Source of the DNA: Phoronis australis
Lineage: Eukaryota; Animalia; Phoronida
DNA length: 64,000 nt
Reading direction: 5' to 3'
NCBI GenBank assembly: GCA_002633005.1
Contig: NMRA01000203.1
Span: forward strand, 413,818-477,817
Below the pieces are notes generated by a model. That model did no database searches. It worked only from the letters and a program-made list of their open reading frames with translations, and had not been told where the DNA came from. Positions 51,970 through 64,000 of this stretch are shown piece after piece (position 1 is the stretch's first letter; the number at the start of each line of letters is the position of its first letter). Position numbers and translations under genes: made by a program.

Positions 51970-54900
51970 CTGAAAAAAACATAAACACACAATTAAGGTA
52001 CAATACAACAATCATTACTTCGTGAAATGAACTTTCTCCAAGTATGTTACTTCGTCTTAAAATTCAATTGTTTTTTATTTGGCAAAATTTTTTTTGGTTG
52101 TTTCTTGTTCGCACGCTACGGCTCGCAATTTTTATCGGATCAACGGGAAATTCACATTCAAAAGTCTCGTGAATGGCTCGAAGCCTATTGTTTTTTGATG
52201 AAGTCCTATACAAGATGGTGTTGGGGCAGCCATTTTTCCTATTTTCGTTTGCGGAGCCATAGCGCCGCAGTTTCTGGTGGGGGTTTTCTGATTTTTCTTT
52301 CTGTTGACATATCATTCAACGAGCTATCACAAATGTCACATTTGTTTTTCTCTAGTTCTTACCGTTCTCGATACCTGCAACCGTACTATGCTAGCAAATA
52401 TACCATAATAGCAGACAACAAACCTATTTTCTGCTGTTTTGTTTTTTGGTCGATCTTAAGGCATTCACACCGCACTACTTTTTGGGAGCTCTCTCGCTGC
52501 TGCATAGCTAAGCTACGTAAAGGCATCTGCTCCTAGACTCCCTTGTTATCCTATTGTGCAGTCACCACGCACGTTCAATGTCATCGACGTGCAAACACCA
52601 CTTGGGCGAAGTTGGCCGAGTACGGTCCGATGATTACGTGGAAAGCTTTGAATCGGAAGCAAATTCCAAATTGTTACTTACTTCTCATTGTAATTAAGAG
52701 TACCAGTTGTTCATAGATATCCTATCATTAACGGGTAAGCTGAGGCTGTACCTTTTCCCCCGAACACCACCCACCCTGGCTACGGACTTGCAATGTGAAA
52801 CCCGTTTCTTGGTATGGCTCGCGACATTTGAGATTTGCCGTACTCAGGTGACTGTTCTTTTGTTGACATTATTTATAGCTGCACTTAGTTAGCCTATCAT
52901 ATTTGTGCTAGTGATCGCATTTTTCGTCTGATCTTCATGAAATTGGTGTACAATATTTACTAAGTCTAAGGAGTTTTGTTCTTGGGAGAAATCGGACGCA
53001 AGATGGCACTGTGACGGTCGTTTTTCGAATTATATTTGCAGAGCTCTAGCTCCGCGATCCTTTAACTGAACCTTTTCAAATATGGTATGTACGGGTATTT
53101 TATACATTAGTGCAATAAGCGTCGGGGTAACGATTGTTTATGTTCTTGATTTCGCAATCGATCTCACCTTTAAATTTTTATTTCATTTCACAAAGTATCG
53201 ATCTTCAGAGCGTTTTCATTCATTTTCCAAGTCACACACATTTTGAAAGCGCATTCATCCTGAGTTCACACAACCGAACTTAAAGCCGACATAAACCCGC
53301 TTTCCATCATAAAAAGCAACTTTTGATTCAGACCATTCACAGTAATGAAAGTGGTCAAATTTGAATTGATTTCATGGCTCCGCAAGAACAGACAGATCGT
53401 TAGGCCAAGCCGCATATTGCTTGAAGTCAGGCTCAGCAAGATGGCTTGTCATGGCGTGTCAATTTATGCGGCGAATATGGTTTCCACAAATAACGAACAG
53501 ACAGTTATCTGTGTAAAGAAGTTGAGACCAATAATATAGCGGTGAGTGGTCTAAATGAATAGTTTCTCGGACAGAACGCGAGTTCACAGAAGATTTAAAT
53601 TTAAGACTTTACAATCAGTTTTCTTTCTCTATTCAAACTGTTGGGATCTCTTTGGTTCACTTCTCTCTCCAGATGATATTGTGACGCTCTAATTTTATTA
53701 CCTCTAGCCGCTAGATAACAGATTCACAACCGAGAATTTATTTTCTTATGGAATTCCCAGAGGAGGCGCCACTCTCTTACAGTAAATGAGATCACTTATA
53801 TATGCTGTTTGGCTTGCGAGCCGAGTGACATGTCGTCTCCATATCCATAGCTCATTGCTTCCAATGCACACTCAGTTTTCGATTAGTGAGCAGGCTACAT
53901 AAAACATGCAACACACTCCGGTAGAGTTCAGTGACGCTAGGACCTAACATAGGACCTCGCTAAAAAGCAAGATTTCGCGAGATTACGTGAGATACTGCCA
54001 TGTATTGTATATGAGAACACGTGATTTTGGCTAGTTTTTTTTATAGCCGAGAGACAGCTACTGAACGCTATCCAGGTACCGCTAGTGAAAAGCGACGTCA
54101 CAGACAATAGTGCTCGGCACGGCAAGTGCGCAAGATCACACATTTGAGCATTGAGAATGTACAGCGGAGGCAAACCATTTACTATGGTTTACGGCTTGTG
54201 TTACGTACTCCTTGATCTGTGGACGAAGCTCGTTCATTGGATTTAATATGCTTACGCGTCTCATGGCAGATCTACGTTTTCAGTAAGGGGGGAGGTTAGG
54301 ATTCGCGCGAATCCGATGCGCGTAGCGAGCGGACAGAAGGTCGGGAGGGGGTTTCTCCCCTCCCGTGTATTTTTTTGGTTTTTAGTAGCAGATTTCGTTT
54401 CCTAGCGACATTTTTTTAAATAGTGGGGATATGGAAAAACTGACTCGTACGTAAAGGACTCGAAGCACTTCGTGTCAATGTTGTCATCAGTCAGCATTAC
54501 ACCAAATGACACCATGATGAGCTTTGATGTAGAAAGCCTTTTCACACGTGTACCAACAGCAGAGGTTCTCCCATTACTCAGGTCAAAGTTAGAACATGAG
54601 CACAAGCCATTAGAGGATATTAACCTCCCAATAGGCTCCATTCTGGAATTAGTGACATTCAGTGTCAATACCACCTACTTCCAATACCAAAACAAGTTCT
54701 ACGAGCAGACACAAGGAATGGCAGTGGGTTCACCACTATCACCAGTCTTAGCTAACTTGTACATGGAGTGGTTCGAACAAACAGCTCTCAGCTCAGCTAG
54801 CAGACCCCCGAAGATGTGGAAACGATACGTTGATGACACATTCACAATATTCAGCCATGACTCAGAAAATCCATCAGAGTTCCTTGACCATCTGAACAGC

Positions 54901-55735
54901 ATAGCGCCTACAATTAGATTCACAATGGAAGAAGAGACAAATAACAGTCTCCCATTCCTAGACGTACTAGCGACTCGTGTCGAAGGACAGTTAACAACGT
55001 CAGTCTACTATAAGAAGACCCACACAGGACGATACCTTGACTTCAACTCCAACCACACCAAAGGAGTCAAGAAGGGTATAATCAAATGCCTTGCATCAAG
55101 ATCAAAGGAAATCTGCAGTGATACAACACTCCAAGCAGAAATGACCAACCTGACGGAGACATTCGAAAGAAATGGCTACCCAAGGGATTTCATCAAGTCG
55201 GCTTTAACATCGCGAAGAAAGACACAAAGTGGCAGAAGAACGCCCACTGCAGACTATGTGCTTACCATACCCGGAATAACCGAGAAGCTAGGACGCGTAT
55301 GTAGAGAATTTAAATTAAGAACAGTATACGGCAGCTCGGACACACTGGGTCAGCGACTGACAAAAGTCTAACCAAGAACTGACATGGGAAAAAAGAAAAT
55401 GTCATCTATGATATCCCAAGTGAATGAGGTGAATCGTATATCGGTGAAACATTAAGACCACTGGAGACAAGAATTGCTGAACATAAGAGGTGTTGTAGAG
55501 AAGGTAATACCTCATCAGGAGTAGCAGGACACATGTGGTCAAAACAACACAACATCCAGTGGAATAACATCCGAATACTTGACAGTGAAACAGGTTGGAC
55601 CAAGAGAAAGATCAAGGAAGCCATGTACATGAAAGTACAAGGCAATGTCTTCAGTCAGCCAAGCAAACGACCAAGTGACACCTGGCTCAGTCTACTCAGG
55701 AAGGTTCAAGTATAATAAACTCTAAGTAATTGAAT

Positions 55736-55824
55736 GACTCCGTGGTGTAGTGGTTAAGGTGCTGGACTCGAATTATCTGTACTTTCAGAAGTCGTGGATT
55801 CAAATCCTGCCTCGCACAAAAAAA
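55736..55824 (+). repeat. tRNA-derived sequence (pseudo-tRNA/SINE head) in the PLE 3' region
   Basis: A box TGGTGTAGTGG, B-box-like GGATTCAAATCC, short A-tract; the acceptor stem does not pair. Confidence 0.6.
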
Positions 55825-55844
55825 TCACACCATGGGAACGGGAA

Positions 55845-55870
55845 CACCTGAGACCGACCGAAACGTCGTG
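55845..55870 (+). ncRNA. Degenerate (internally deleted) hammerhead ribozyme motif
   Basis: cac-CTGAGA-ccgacc-GAAACGTC-gtg: stem I cac/gtg and the GAAACGTC box are intact; CUGANGA box and the 5' arm of stem II appear deleted. Confidence 0.45.
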
Positions 55871-58800
55871 ACAGTGTATATAGACTAGACGTCGGTGTAA
55901 ATAGACCAAGAGATTTTAATAATAGTTGTAATACGCCACCAGAGCGGTTTTAGGAAGTCAATAAATTTCTGATCGCCTGGAAACTTGACCCGGGCAAGGC
56001 GGACATTCCGTGACATTATGTGGTTTCTTTAATTCAATTACCACCAGTGGAGGATTAACGATAATAATATCATGTGCTCACGGTTGGACCTCCCCTTCCA
56101 AATCTCGGGGGCATTCCCACTGACTAGTCAAACAAGGACGGGACCTTGAAAACGGTCACTTTTAAAGCAACAGGTAGGTCACTACCATCACCACCTGACG
56201 GGATTATGGGAGGTTTTTTGACACTGAGAGGTCCCGCTTCGGGTCAAGATAGGTCCCATAAATCAAGGAATCTCAAGGCAGTAGCTTACAGAGGGGGGAG
56301 GGCGACAACCCCGGGCATCCACATCATGGGGGCATCCAAACAGTGCGAAGGGCGACAGACGTGGGGGCACTTCCATATCTGGGTTATACGGGACGTGCCG
56401 TCCAGAAGGGTCACTTTTCCGGCCAAATTCCTGGCTCTACGAAACGGTACTGTTTTCGTCTACAGTCTCTACGGAAGGATCCAATATTTTGGCTATAAAT
56501 CACTACAAAAGAGTAGCATTTTCACCATAAATCTCTACGGAGGGGTATGGGATTGATCACTTATACACACCTAGAGTATATTTGGGGCTTTCAGAATGCG
56601 ATCACCTGGATGCAATCGCTTCTCGACCGGTTTCTGTACGTGGACCGTGCGTAAGTTTCCGTATTGTTTACCAGTCACCGGCAGGATCGCAAAAGGTGAC
56701 CTTTCATGAGATTTTCCTGAGGAAAGGTGACATACGGAAATTCTTTACGAAAGTGAGTTTTTATGGAATTTCCATACGTCCGCTGGACCCAAAAGAGTCC
56801 GTACCAGGGAGCAGAGAGACAGCTCGACCTCAGAAGGTCGACAAAGCTACATCTAGTAAAGGAAATCGCTCCGGGCATCACCAAACCTCTGCACCATGCT
56901 GGGCCTAGGATTTGTGTGACTAACTCGCTTCTCACCAGCTAGCATTTTGTTCCACAGATTGGTATTTTCCCGTTTTTCTTTCGTCTTTGTTCAGTCGTTG
57001 TGTGTATATCGAACATGCATAGGCCTACCCGAACCGGCACCTTTTTATTTAGGGTCACGATAAGTGACCGGTAGTCGTACCATTCGGATCCAGGATTTCA
57101 AAAGGGGATGCTCATAATTCAGATCCGTAGCCGGGAGGGAGCGGGAGTTTGAGGGATTCGATTGAATTCAACTTCGGGAAAAGGCCCACTTTAACGGAAA
57201 GTTGTGACACGTGGGGGTTCAACCGTGTTGGCAGAGAAAGCCATGTAAAGTTGGGGAATAAGAGCGTCAAGGTCGAGCGGAACAGCAGATAAACTGTACA
57301 AAATATTGAGAAACCGTGAATTAAAATCCAATCACAAAAAATGTGGGCAAAGACATAAAATTTGATCAGAGATCTGCTTTCCAATAAGACTTTCCACAAA
57401 AATTGCACAAAAACGGTTTAATGTGGAGTTTTTGACCATTTAAGATAAAAATGCACTACCCTTTATTAAGGTTTTCTTAGCACTGCCATCCAGTTTTGTC
57501 GTCATTTTTCGTCAAAACAGGATTTTGCTCACGTAATGTTTCGTGTAAAAATGAAAGAGCCTTTACTTAAAAGGATGGACGATACACAACTTCACAACTA
57601 TCACCATCGTGCATCAATAATCAAAAACTGTTCCCACAAGGTTCAAATCAACCTCTTTTACCACATAGAACACAACCAAAAACGTTAACTTTGTCATTTT
57701 AGAGATTGCGCATAAAATTTTCCATCTAAAACTATAGTTCGGCCCTCTAATTTGCGATATCCTAGATGAACCAGTGTAGCGATTACGCACTGGGTGTTCA
57801 TGAAACAGGTTTATAATAATATTTTGGGCATTGAGTAAGTTGCTAGTGCCATGTTTGTACATACACGGCACAATGTAAAATAGAGCAGACGTTGCCTTAA
57901 TGTTTGTTCACGTGGCCATAAAAATAACTTTTTTCCACAAACGCACAAAAAGAACACATTAACGTCCTGGGCACCATCACCATAAAATGAACCTTTGATA
58001 CAGTTTCATTGCCCACTCAATAACTCAAAAACTCGAATATATGTTTGACATTTTCCATTCCGCTTTAAAACACAATTCGTAGTTTTACGGCCGAAAAAAA
58101 CGCATTGTGGGGGATATTCTGGCTCGAAGCTGTGTGTTTGAGATTTTATTATAAATCGCCGAATCTTAGCAAGTTTATTTAAGCTTTCAGTCAAAAGTAA
58201 AGCGAAATCGAGACAGCCACCTCGCCAGCTGGTTCGGTGGTGGGCGTCGTGAAAATGGCCGACGCGGGCTGTGTGTAATGCTGATTAAAGAGATACTAAA
58301 CCGTTTTGAATATTTCAACAAATTGGAAATTATGGTCTTTGGTTGGTGGTGATTCTCACAATTGCCGTGGAATTTGCTAAAAGCGTAGGTTACGTTTGGC
58401 TGTTTAGCAGACTTTGGGAGGAGTATTCAAATTTCCCTCCAAGCGTTTGAGAAATGTCGAGGGTTACAGAGTATTGTTGTGTTTCAGAAAACTGGACGGG
58501 AAAGTCGTTTTAGTATCTTTTAATAAGCCAAAGCCGGGTTTGGCATCCTATTGAAGTCGGTGTGAAAACAGCCGAGGGGTAACCTCCAGAGGGTAAGTGA
58601 GAAAAAGAGGCGAAGGACCGAAGCACGTTGGATGCGCAACTTCCTTAACATAAATATTTCAGAACGAAATCGAATGCTAGACTGTCGTGCGAGGAAATTG
58701 AACATTTTCGGAAATGCCAAGCTTGCTCGGTTAGAGCGCCGGGCAGGTTTGCGTTCTTCTCCAGTCCCGTTTCAGAAATAGACCTCCAGGCTTACTTTTG

Positions 58801-58936
58801 TTGATTAAAAGCGTAAACCTAAAATTATTTTTGAATAGATTACATAATGTTTTCAGTCTTTGACTAGTTAACCAATTGAAACCCTCTATTCCAGTCGGAA
58901 AGTGCCCACCCCCTATGGCGGTAACCATTACCAAAG

Positions 58937-59112
58937 CATTTGTGTTGTTGGACATCATGATTGAACTCTACATTTGTGTTGTTGGACATCATGATTGAAC
59001 TCTACATTTGTGTTGTTGGACATCATGATTGAACTCTACATTTGTGTTGTTGGACATCATGATTGAACTCTACATTTGTGTTGTTGGACATCATGATTGA
59101 ACTCTGCATTTG
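58937..59112. repeat. Near-perfect 34-bp tandem repeat, 5 copies
   Basis: catttgtgttgttggacatcatgattgaactcta at 58937, 58971, 59005, 59039, 59073. Confidence 0.95.
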
Positions 59113-59439
59113 ACACCCGCTAAAAGCAAAATTACAACTGGTTTCGTCCCTGTAAGTTGCATTATAATAAGTGGTGCTTTGATATTTCAAGACAGGCCTT
59201 TTGAGATGTACTATTAAGGGATCGACTCTTGGAGAGGCTATCTATACAGATGCAAGGCCTTTGCCAGCATTGCACGGGGGGGGGGGTCGAATTTCTAGAA
59301 CAGCGGCGCTTTGAATCANGTTGGACCGAAAAAAAACGCCAGTGCTATTTTCCTTTTCACACATCTGTTAAAATTTACATTTCCAATTTTGATCGAAGAT
59401 GTACAACAGACGCAGAAGGAGAGTCAAAAGAAAAGTAGA

Positions 59440-60270
59440 TGAGACCACAGGCCACAGTGGTCCTCAGCTTTTGATCGTCCCCAATACATTATATATACTA
59501 CAAGGTATGACACTCCGGACTAGAAATTCCACGGGTGCTTCACTTCAGCCGTCCATAGCAAACACAAAACTCAATAAATTTTCAAAAATCAGAGGTGCAA
59601 TACCATTTACAGTGTCCAGCTCCACAGAGTTCGAAACAGATTCACGGTCAAAACTCCAAAATCTTCCCAAAAAATCGCTACGTACCAGCAATATGCTACA
59701 CGGAAATTGCCGGTTTATCACAGAAGGTCACGACATCAATAACTCCACACTATTCCGTAACCTTTCGTGATGAACCGGCAATTGCCGTCGATTCGTAAGT
59801 CATCGGATTAATCCGTACCCTACTTGACCTTAACCGCGGAAGCATATTGCTAGTACGCAGCGACTTTTTGAGATTTTAGTGCTTTGACCGCGAATTTGTT
59901 GCGAACTCGGTGGACCAGGACACTGGTATTGGCCTGTAATACCTGTCACGGACAGGATCATTGGGGATATGCTGGTGCGCTCTTCCTCACCCCAGACCAT
60001 CCCCGTGACAGCAGAAGGCGCAGAACTCCAGGGCTGACGTTGCCTGTAAGCATTTGATTTGACAGCACTGGTATTGGCAGAAAGAACAATTCCTCATGGT
60101 TTGTTGAACGCCTGTTTTGTGTAAATTTATAGTGTTTTGTGTAATAGCCATGGACGGCTGAAGTGAAGCACCCGTGGAATTTCTACTCCGGAGTGTCATA
60201 CCTTGTATTCTATATAGTGTGTTGGAGGCGGTCAGAATTTGAGGACGTCTGTGGATGAGACACAAAACAC
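59440..60270. mobile_element. Foldback/MITE with long inverted arms
   Basis: tacaaggtatgacactccgga.tagaaattccacgggtgcttcacttcagccgtccat (~59498-59555) is inverted at ~60149-60208; ~59605-59720 is inverted at ~59825-59930. Confidence 0.8.
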
Positions 60271-61566
60271 AGGCCGGCTGATACTGGAGAAACGTTAGCA
60301 CTTCGCGTGAGGGAATAAATCTGTACGCTTATGGAGCAGCATCAGTATCAACATCACTACCTAACCGATCACTCCAGAGGCCGCCATTCTGCTCCCGAGC
60401 ATCTCGTTAAACATTTGCACTGTTTTATTTTTTCGATAGATTCTTGGATCTTCGTAACGCACCCCACATACTGTAAAGCACTACTTTGGTGAAAGCTTTA
60501 GTTTCACTTCCGCTTGACCTGCTCTCCGTAAACTGTTCATTCGCGACGGCACATTTCTCCATTTGCCAAAGATATATTCTTTGCTACGATTATCTTTCAC
60601 ACACTAACAACTTATTGCTACAAGGTGGAGTGAGTCAGTGGAGCGGAAACAATAATTCTCATAAATCAAACGCCCATGATGACTAATGTTCAGGGGAAAA
60701 TGCCATCACCTACCCAACAACAAGTGTCAAAGCCGGCCATATCAATCCAAACAGGTTTTATAAACTGCAAATATACCGTAGCCACAAACGTGAAATTATG
60801 AAGGCCGGGTTAGAGATAAAACGCAACACAAGACTGGTAGAAAACCGATTGCGCCCCGACTATTCTACGGATAGCGCGTGAAGTAGTCTGAGCAGTCGGA
60901 CACTTAACAATGAACCTGACAGGATTTTTCTAAAAACATTCCTCGTGACCGAAGTTCGCTGTAACCCAATCAAATTGTATACAGTAGGATAAAATTTTCA
61001 CCAAGGATTACGATTCTGTCTATAGGGCGTACTCAACACTGTTTTTCTTTACAAATCACTCTTGGAAAGTTTCTTGCACGAAAGCACCACATGAACGAAA
61101 AGTAAAGAAGTATTTTATACACTAGTTTACACCAACCAAACCTCTCTGAAGAGGGATTGAACCGATTATTACGCCCGTCAACCTGAAACTGGACTCCACA
61201 GCGTTGAGGGTGGATTCTGATAATTTCAGGTACGTTTTGGTCCCAAACACGGATTTAACTACGTTCCTAAACCTACTGCGTATTCGTGGACTTGTGAGAA
61301 CACTGATTGTCCTTTCTCACGCCGTTCAAGTTCTATTACTAAGTCAATTTTTGGCTTAAATGTGAATAGAGCGTCAACTATACGTTGAATTGCTATTCTC
61401 ATAATCATCGTTGGAAATAGGAAGGAATTTTTTCATGCAACTCCCCAAAAATTTTAAGGACTAAATCCTTATTTATTTTCAATGAAAACAGGGCTCAGTT
61501 TTTAGTTATATTATTAGAAAATGTCATTAATCAAAGAGCAGCACATAATGAAGATAAAATAATCGA

Positions 61567-61818
61567 AAAAGATTACAACTGTGGGTAAAGAACGACACAG
61601 TTCATGCAAAAGATTACAACTGTGGGTAAAGAACGACACAGTTCATGCAAAAGATTACAACTGTGGCTAAAGAACGACACAGTTCATGCAAAAGATTACA
61701 ACTGTGGGTAAAGAACGACACAGTTCATGCAAAAGATTACAACTGTGGCTAAAGAACGACACAGTTCATGCAAAAGATTACAACTGTGGCTAAAGAACGA
61801 CACAGTTCATGCAAAAGA
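61567..61818. repeat. 41-bp tandem repeat, 6 copies
   Basis: aaaagattacaactgtgg[g/c]taaagaacgacacagttcatgc; a single variable position. Confidence 0.95.
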
Positions 61819-64000
61819 GTTAGGGAACTTAGTCGAGTCTCTATTTGGGAATGATTCACGCAACTGGGCACTGGTCAGCTCATTGAATCTCGGTGATGGT
61901 TTCGATTATGCAGTCAAGACTTTTGACGTGAAGGATGCTGCAGCAGTGGATGACAAGAGACGGAATCTGCGTTTACACTGAAAATCGCAAGGATACATTT
62001 ACAATTCCATTCCACAACTTCTCGCCAGCTGGCCATAAATTTGCTCGCGCTGACTATTAACGTATGAGCAGAGAGGCAAAATAAATACTTTGTTAATTTC
62101 CAATCGAAATATGACGCTTCAAACACAGTCGCGATATTTGGATGTCATTATTTCTATGCTTTTTCAACACTGGCAAGTAACTTTGTGAAAATTTGTCCAT
62201 ATGGGACGACTTTGCAATACTATATGGGCGACCGGTGTTTTCCAAGCATGGTTCACATAGCGCCTTCGGATTCATTTTTGATAAACAGACGAAGCTTCAT
62301 CGTCGTTTGAATTTGATTAAGTTTCCGAAAGAACAAATCATACAATTAAAAAAAGGTGATTTCCATGGTTACAGTCGTCAAGAACAACATATCGCACTCT
62401 CATTGGTGTTATCTATGTATATTATAAGACTGATTTTCACAATTTTCAAGGAATGTGATGTTATTGGCAGAACGGATGCCAGTCATAAATCGCACCAAAT
62501 GATACTCTACATTTCACCTGAATGCTCGTTAATGTACAGATATCGCATTTGGGTTGTTCGCGATGCATGGCTGAACACGCCTACACTTCAACCAAACAAG
62601 CATGGGCGAGTGAAATCGGACGCTTTGCATAAACCTATGTTACGCTTCAGTCGTAACAGGATGCTAAACTGGATGACGCAATGTTCAAAACGACTTCAAC
62701 GACAGGATTATTACTAACACTTCAAGTGAATTAATTATTTTCTTAATTTAAATTACCACGATCAATTTTGAAAGAGATTCGATAATTTTTTAAAATTTTA
62801 TCTTGTTTTGCAATTCACATAAGCATGTATTTAGGCTAATAATGTGTACCCCTTATCAGAATGCTGTGAACATGCTTTTTGGCAAAAATGTAGTTTTTTG
62901 AAACATACGTTATAGGGGAAAAGTCCTTTCACTAGCATTCATTAAACTTTCGTACCAAAATTTTGATAAAAATGCTCATCAAAGCCGTGCCAAGGAAATT
63001 CCATAACAAAATACGTTCAAAAATACGTTCAGATTTTAAGACTTTTCTAAGAATAATACGACTCTTGATTTTAAATCAAACAGAAAAAATAAGGAAAGCT
63101 CCAATAAACAAATCTGAGACTAGACACGATTTTCACACCACGACATTGTGCCGTCAGAAAATTCAAACACAGTTAAAATCGCTGAACTCTTTCTCTATAT
63201 ATCCAGTTCCGAAGTTAGGAGTTAAAACAGCAATCGCTGAAAAACGTATTTTCGTCAACAGCCGAACACTCACCGTTTTGTTCTCAATCTATGTTCCAAA
63301 TACGCTTTACGGTATACACTGAATATGGAGGAAATGCTTTCTATATCACATTACTCTGAGTCAAATGAAGACTGAAAGTAAAGTAGCGGTCTGACTTTGA
63401 CATTATTTAATTCTACTTCAACTGTATTAGTCCAGAGGTTTATGTGAATAGTAAATTAATAGCAATTTTTGAAAGGGATGCCATCAATTTTAGAGCCGAA
63501 AATACAATTTGGGATCATTGTTGGCCAGTATGTACTTCTAGAACTTATTAGCGATGACACAGAGCTACAAATTTGTGATTTTATTCCGAATTGCAGACGT
63601 TAAGAATACGTGTGCGGCTGTTTTTCATGACTAGTCGAGTTGACAGAGGATTCTCGCGTTGAAGCACACGAAACTCAGACGAAACTTCCAACCGTTCATT
63701 ACATTTGGCAATTCATTGTAGTCAGATCGATGCCGTTAACATATTACAGAAACTAAATTTACATGTGTTACCGTTCAAGGTAGGCTTTAAAACAACAAAA
63801 TAGTAAATCCAGAAATGTGACGTCAGCAACATTCCACAAATTCTAGGATCTGTAAAAAATAATTCAAAAGCTTCTCGGTTGATTGGCACAACGTACATTG
63901 GACATGCCAACAATTCAAAATATCCTCATTGTTTTCTTTTTTCTTTTATCGAAACAGCTGGAGGCTGAAACCTGTTAGAAAGAGAGTTTGTTGACCTTTC

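Larger units (their letters stand above)
54424..55900 (+). mobile_element. 5'-truncated Penelope-like element (Penelope/Poseidon-like; RT + GIY-YIG) in an ITPK1 intron or upstream region
   Basis: Open 299-aa RT stretch (SFDVESLFTRVP, GMAVGSPLSPVLANLYME, WKRYVDDTF, LPFLDV, HTGRYLDFNSNH, NGYP); after a stop and frameshift VIYDIP..GESYIGETLRPLETRIAEH...KRKIKEAMYM. Confidence 0.92.

Noticed and set aside
52027-52536. 169-aa plus-strand ORF (and the 174-aa ORF at 62193-62717)
   Set aside because: No recognisable domain, and composition typical of random AT-rich ORFs.
55425-55427. TGA at a conserved Cys position of the PLE GIY-YIG domain, suggesting selenocysteine as reported for some Naiad elements
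   Set aside because: The neighbouring Cys is also mutated (AGT), there is an upstream TAA and a frameshift, and no SECIS was recognised; ordinary decay is more likely.
58937-59112. 34-bp and 41-bp (61567-61818) repeats of CRISPR-like length
   Set aside because: Head-to-tail copies with no unique spacers, no cas genes and a eukaryotic context.

Overview
AT-rich metazoan genomic DNA, most likely from a marine invertebrate (inferred from gene and TE content). Two spliced host genes, both on the minus strand, can be reconstructed by hand. (1) A complete 3-exon, 171-aa globin (21864-21701, 6628-6397, 5424-5305) with the canonical B12.2/G7.0 introns and an N-terminal MGCSAS acylation motif. By manual alignment its key heme-pocket residues are replaced: CD1 Phe->Leu, E7 His->Leu and the normally invariant proximal F8 His->Gln. 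(2) Nine coding exons of ITPK1 (51969-43976); its first coding exon was not found in the window. Almost everything else is layered transposon debris: an AcademX remnant with TIRs and TSD nested in a long-TIR element, a scrambled AcademH (RecQ + transposase) interrupted by a Kolobok and a Gmr1-type Gypsy, two Penelope-like elements with hammerhead motifs, an L1/Tx1 fragment, a Helentron/HINE-type element abutting an ITPK1 splice acceptor, MITEs/foldbacks, tRNA-derived repeats and several minisatellites. No CRISPR or prokaryotic features. All family assignments come from remembered motifs, not from database searches.
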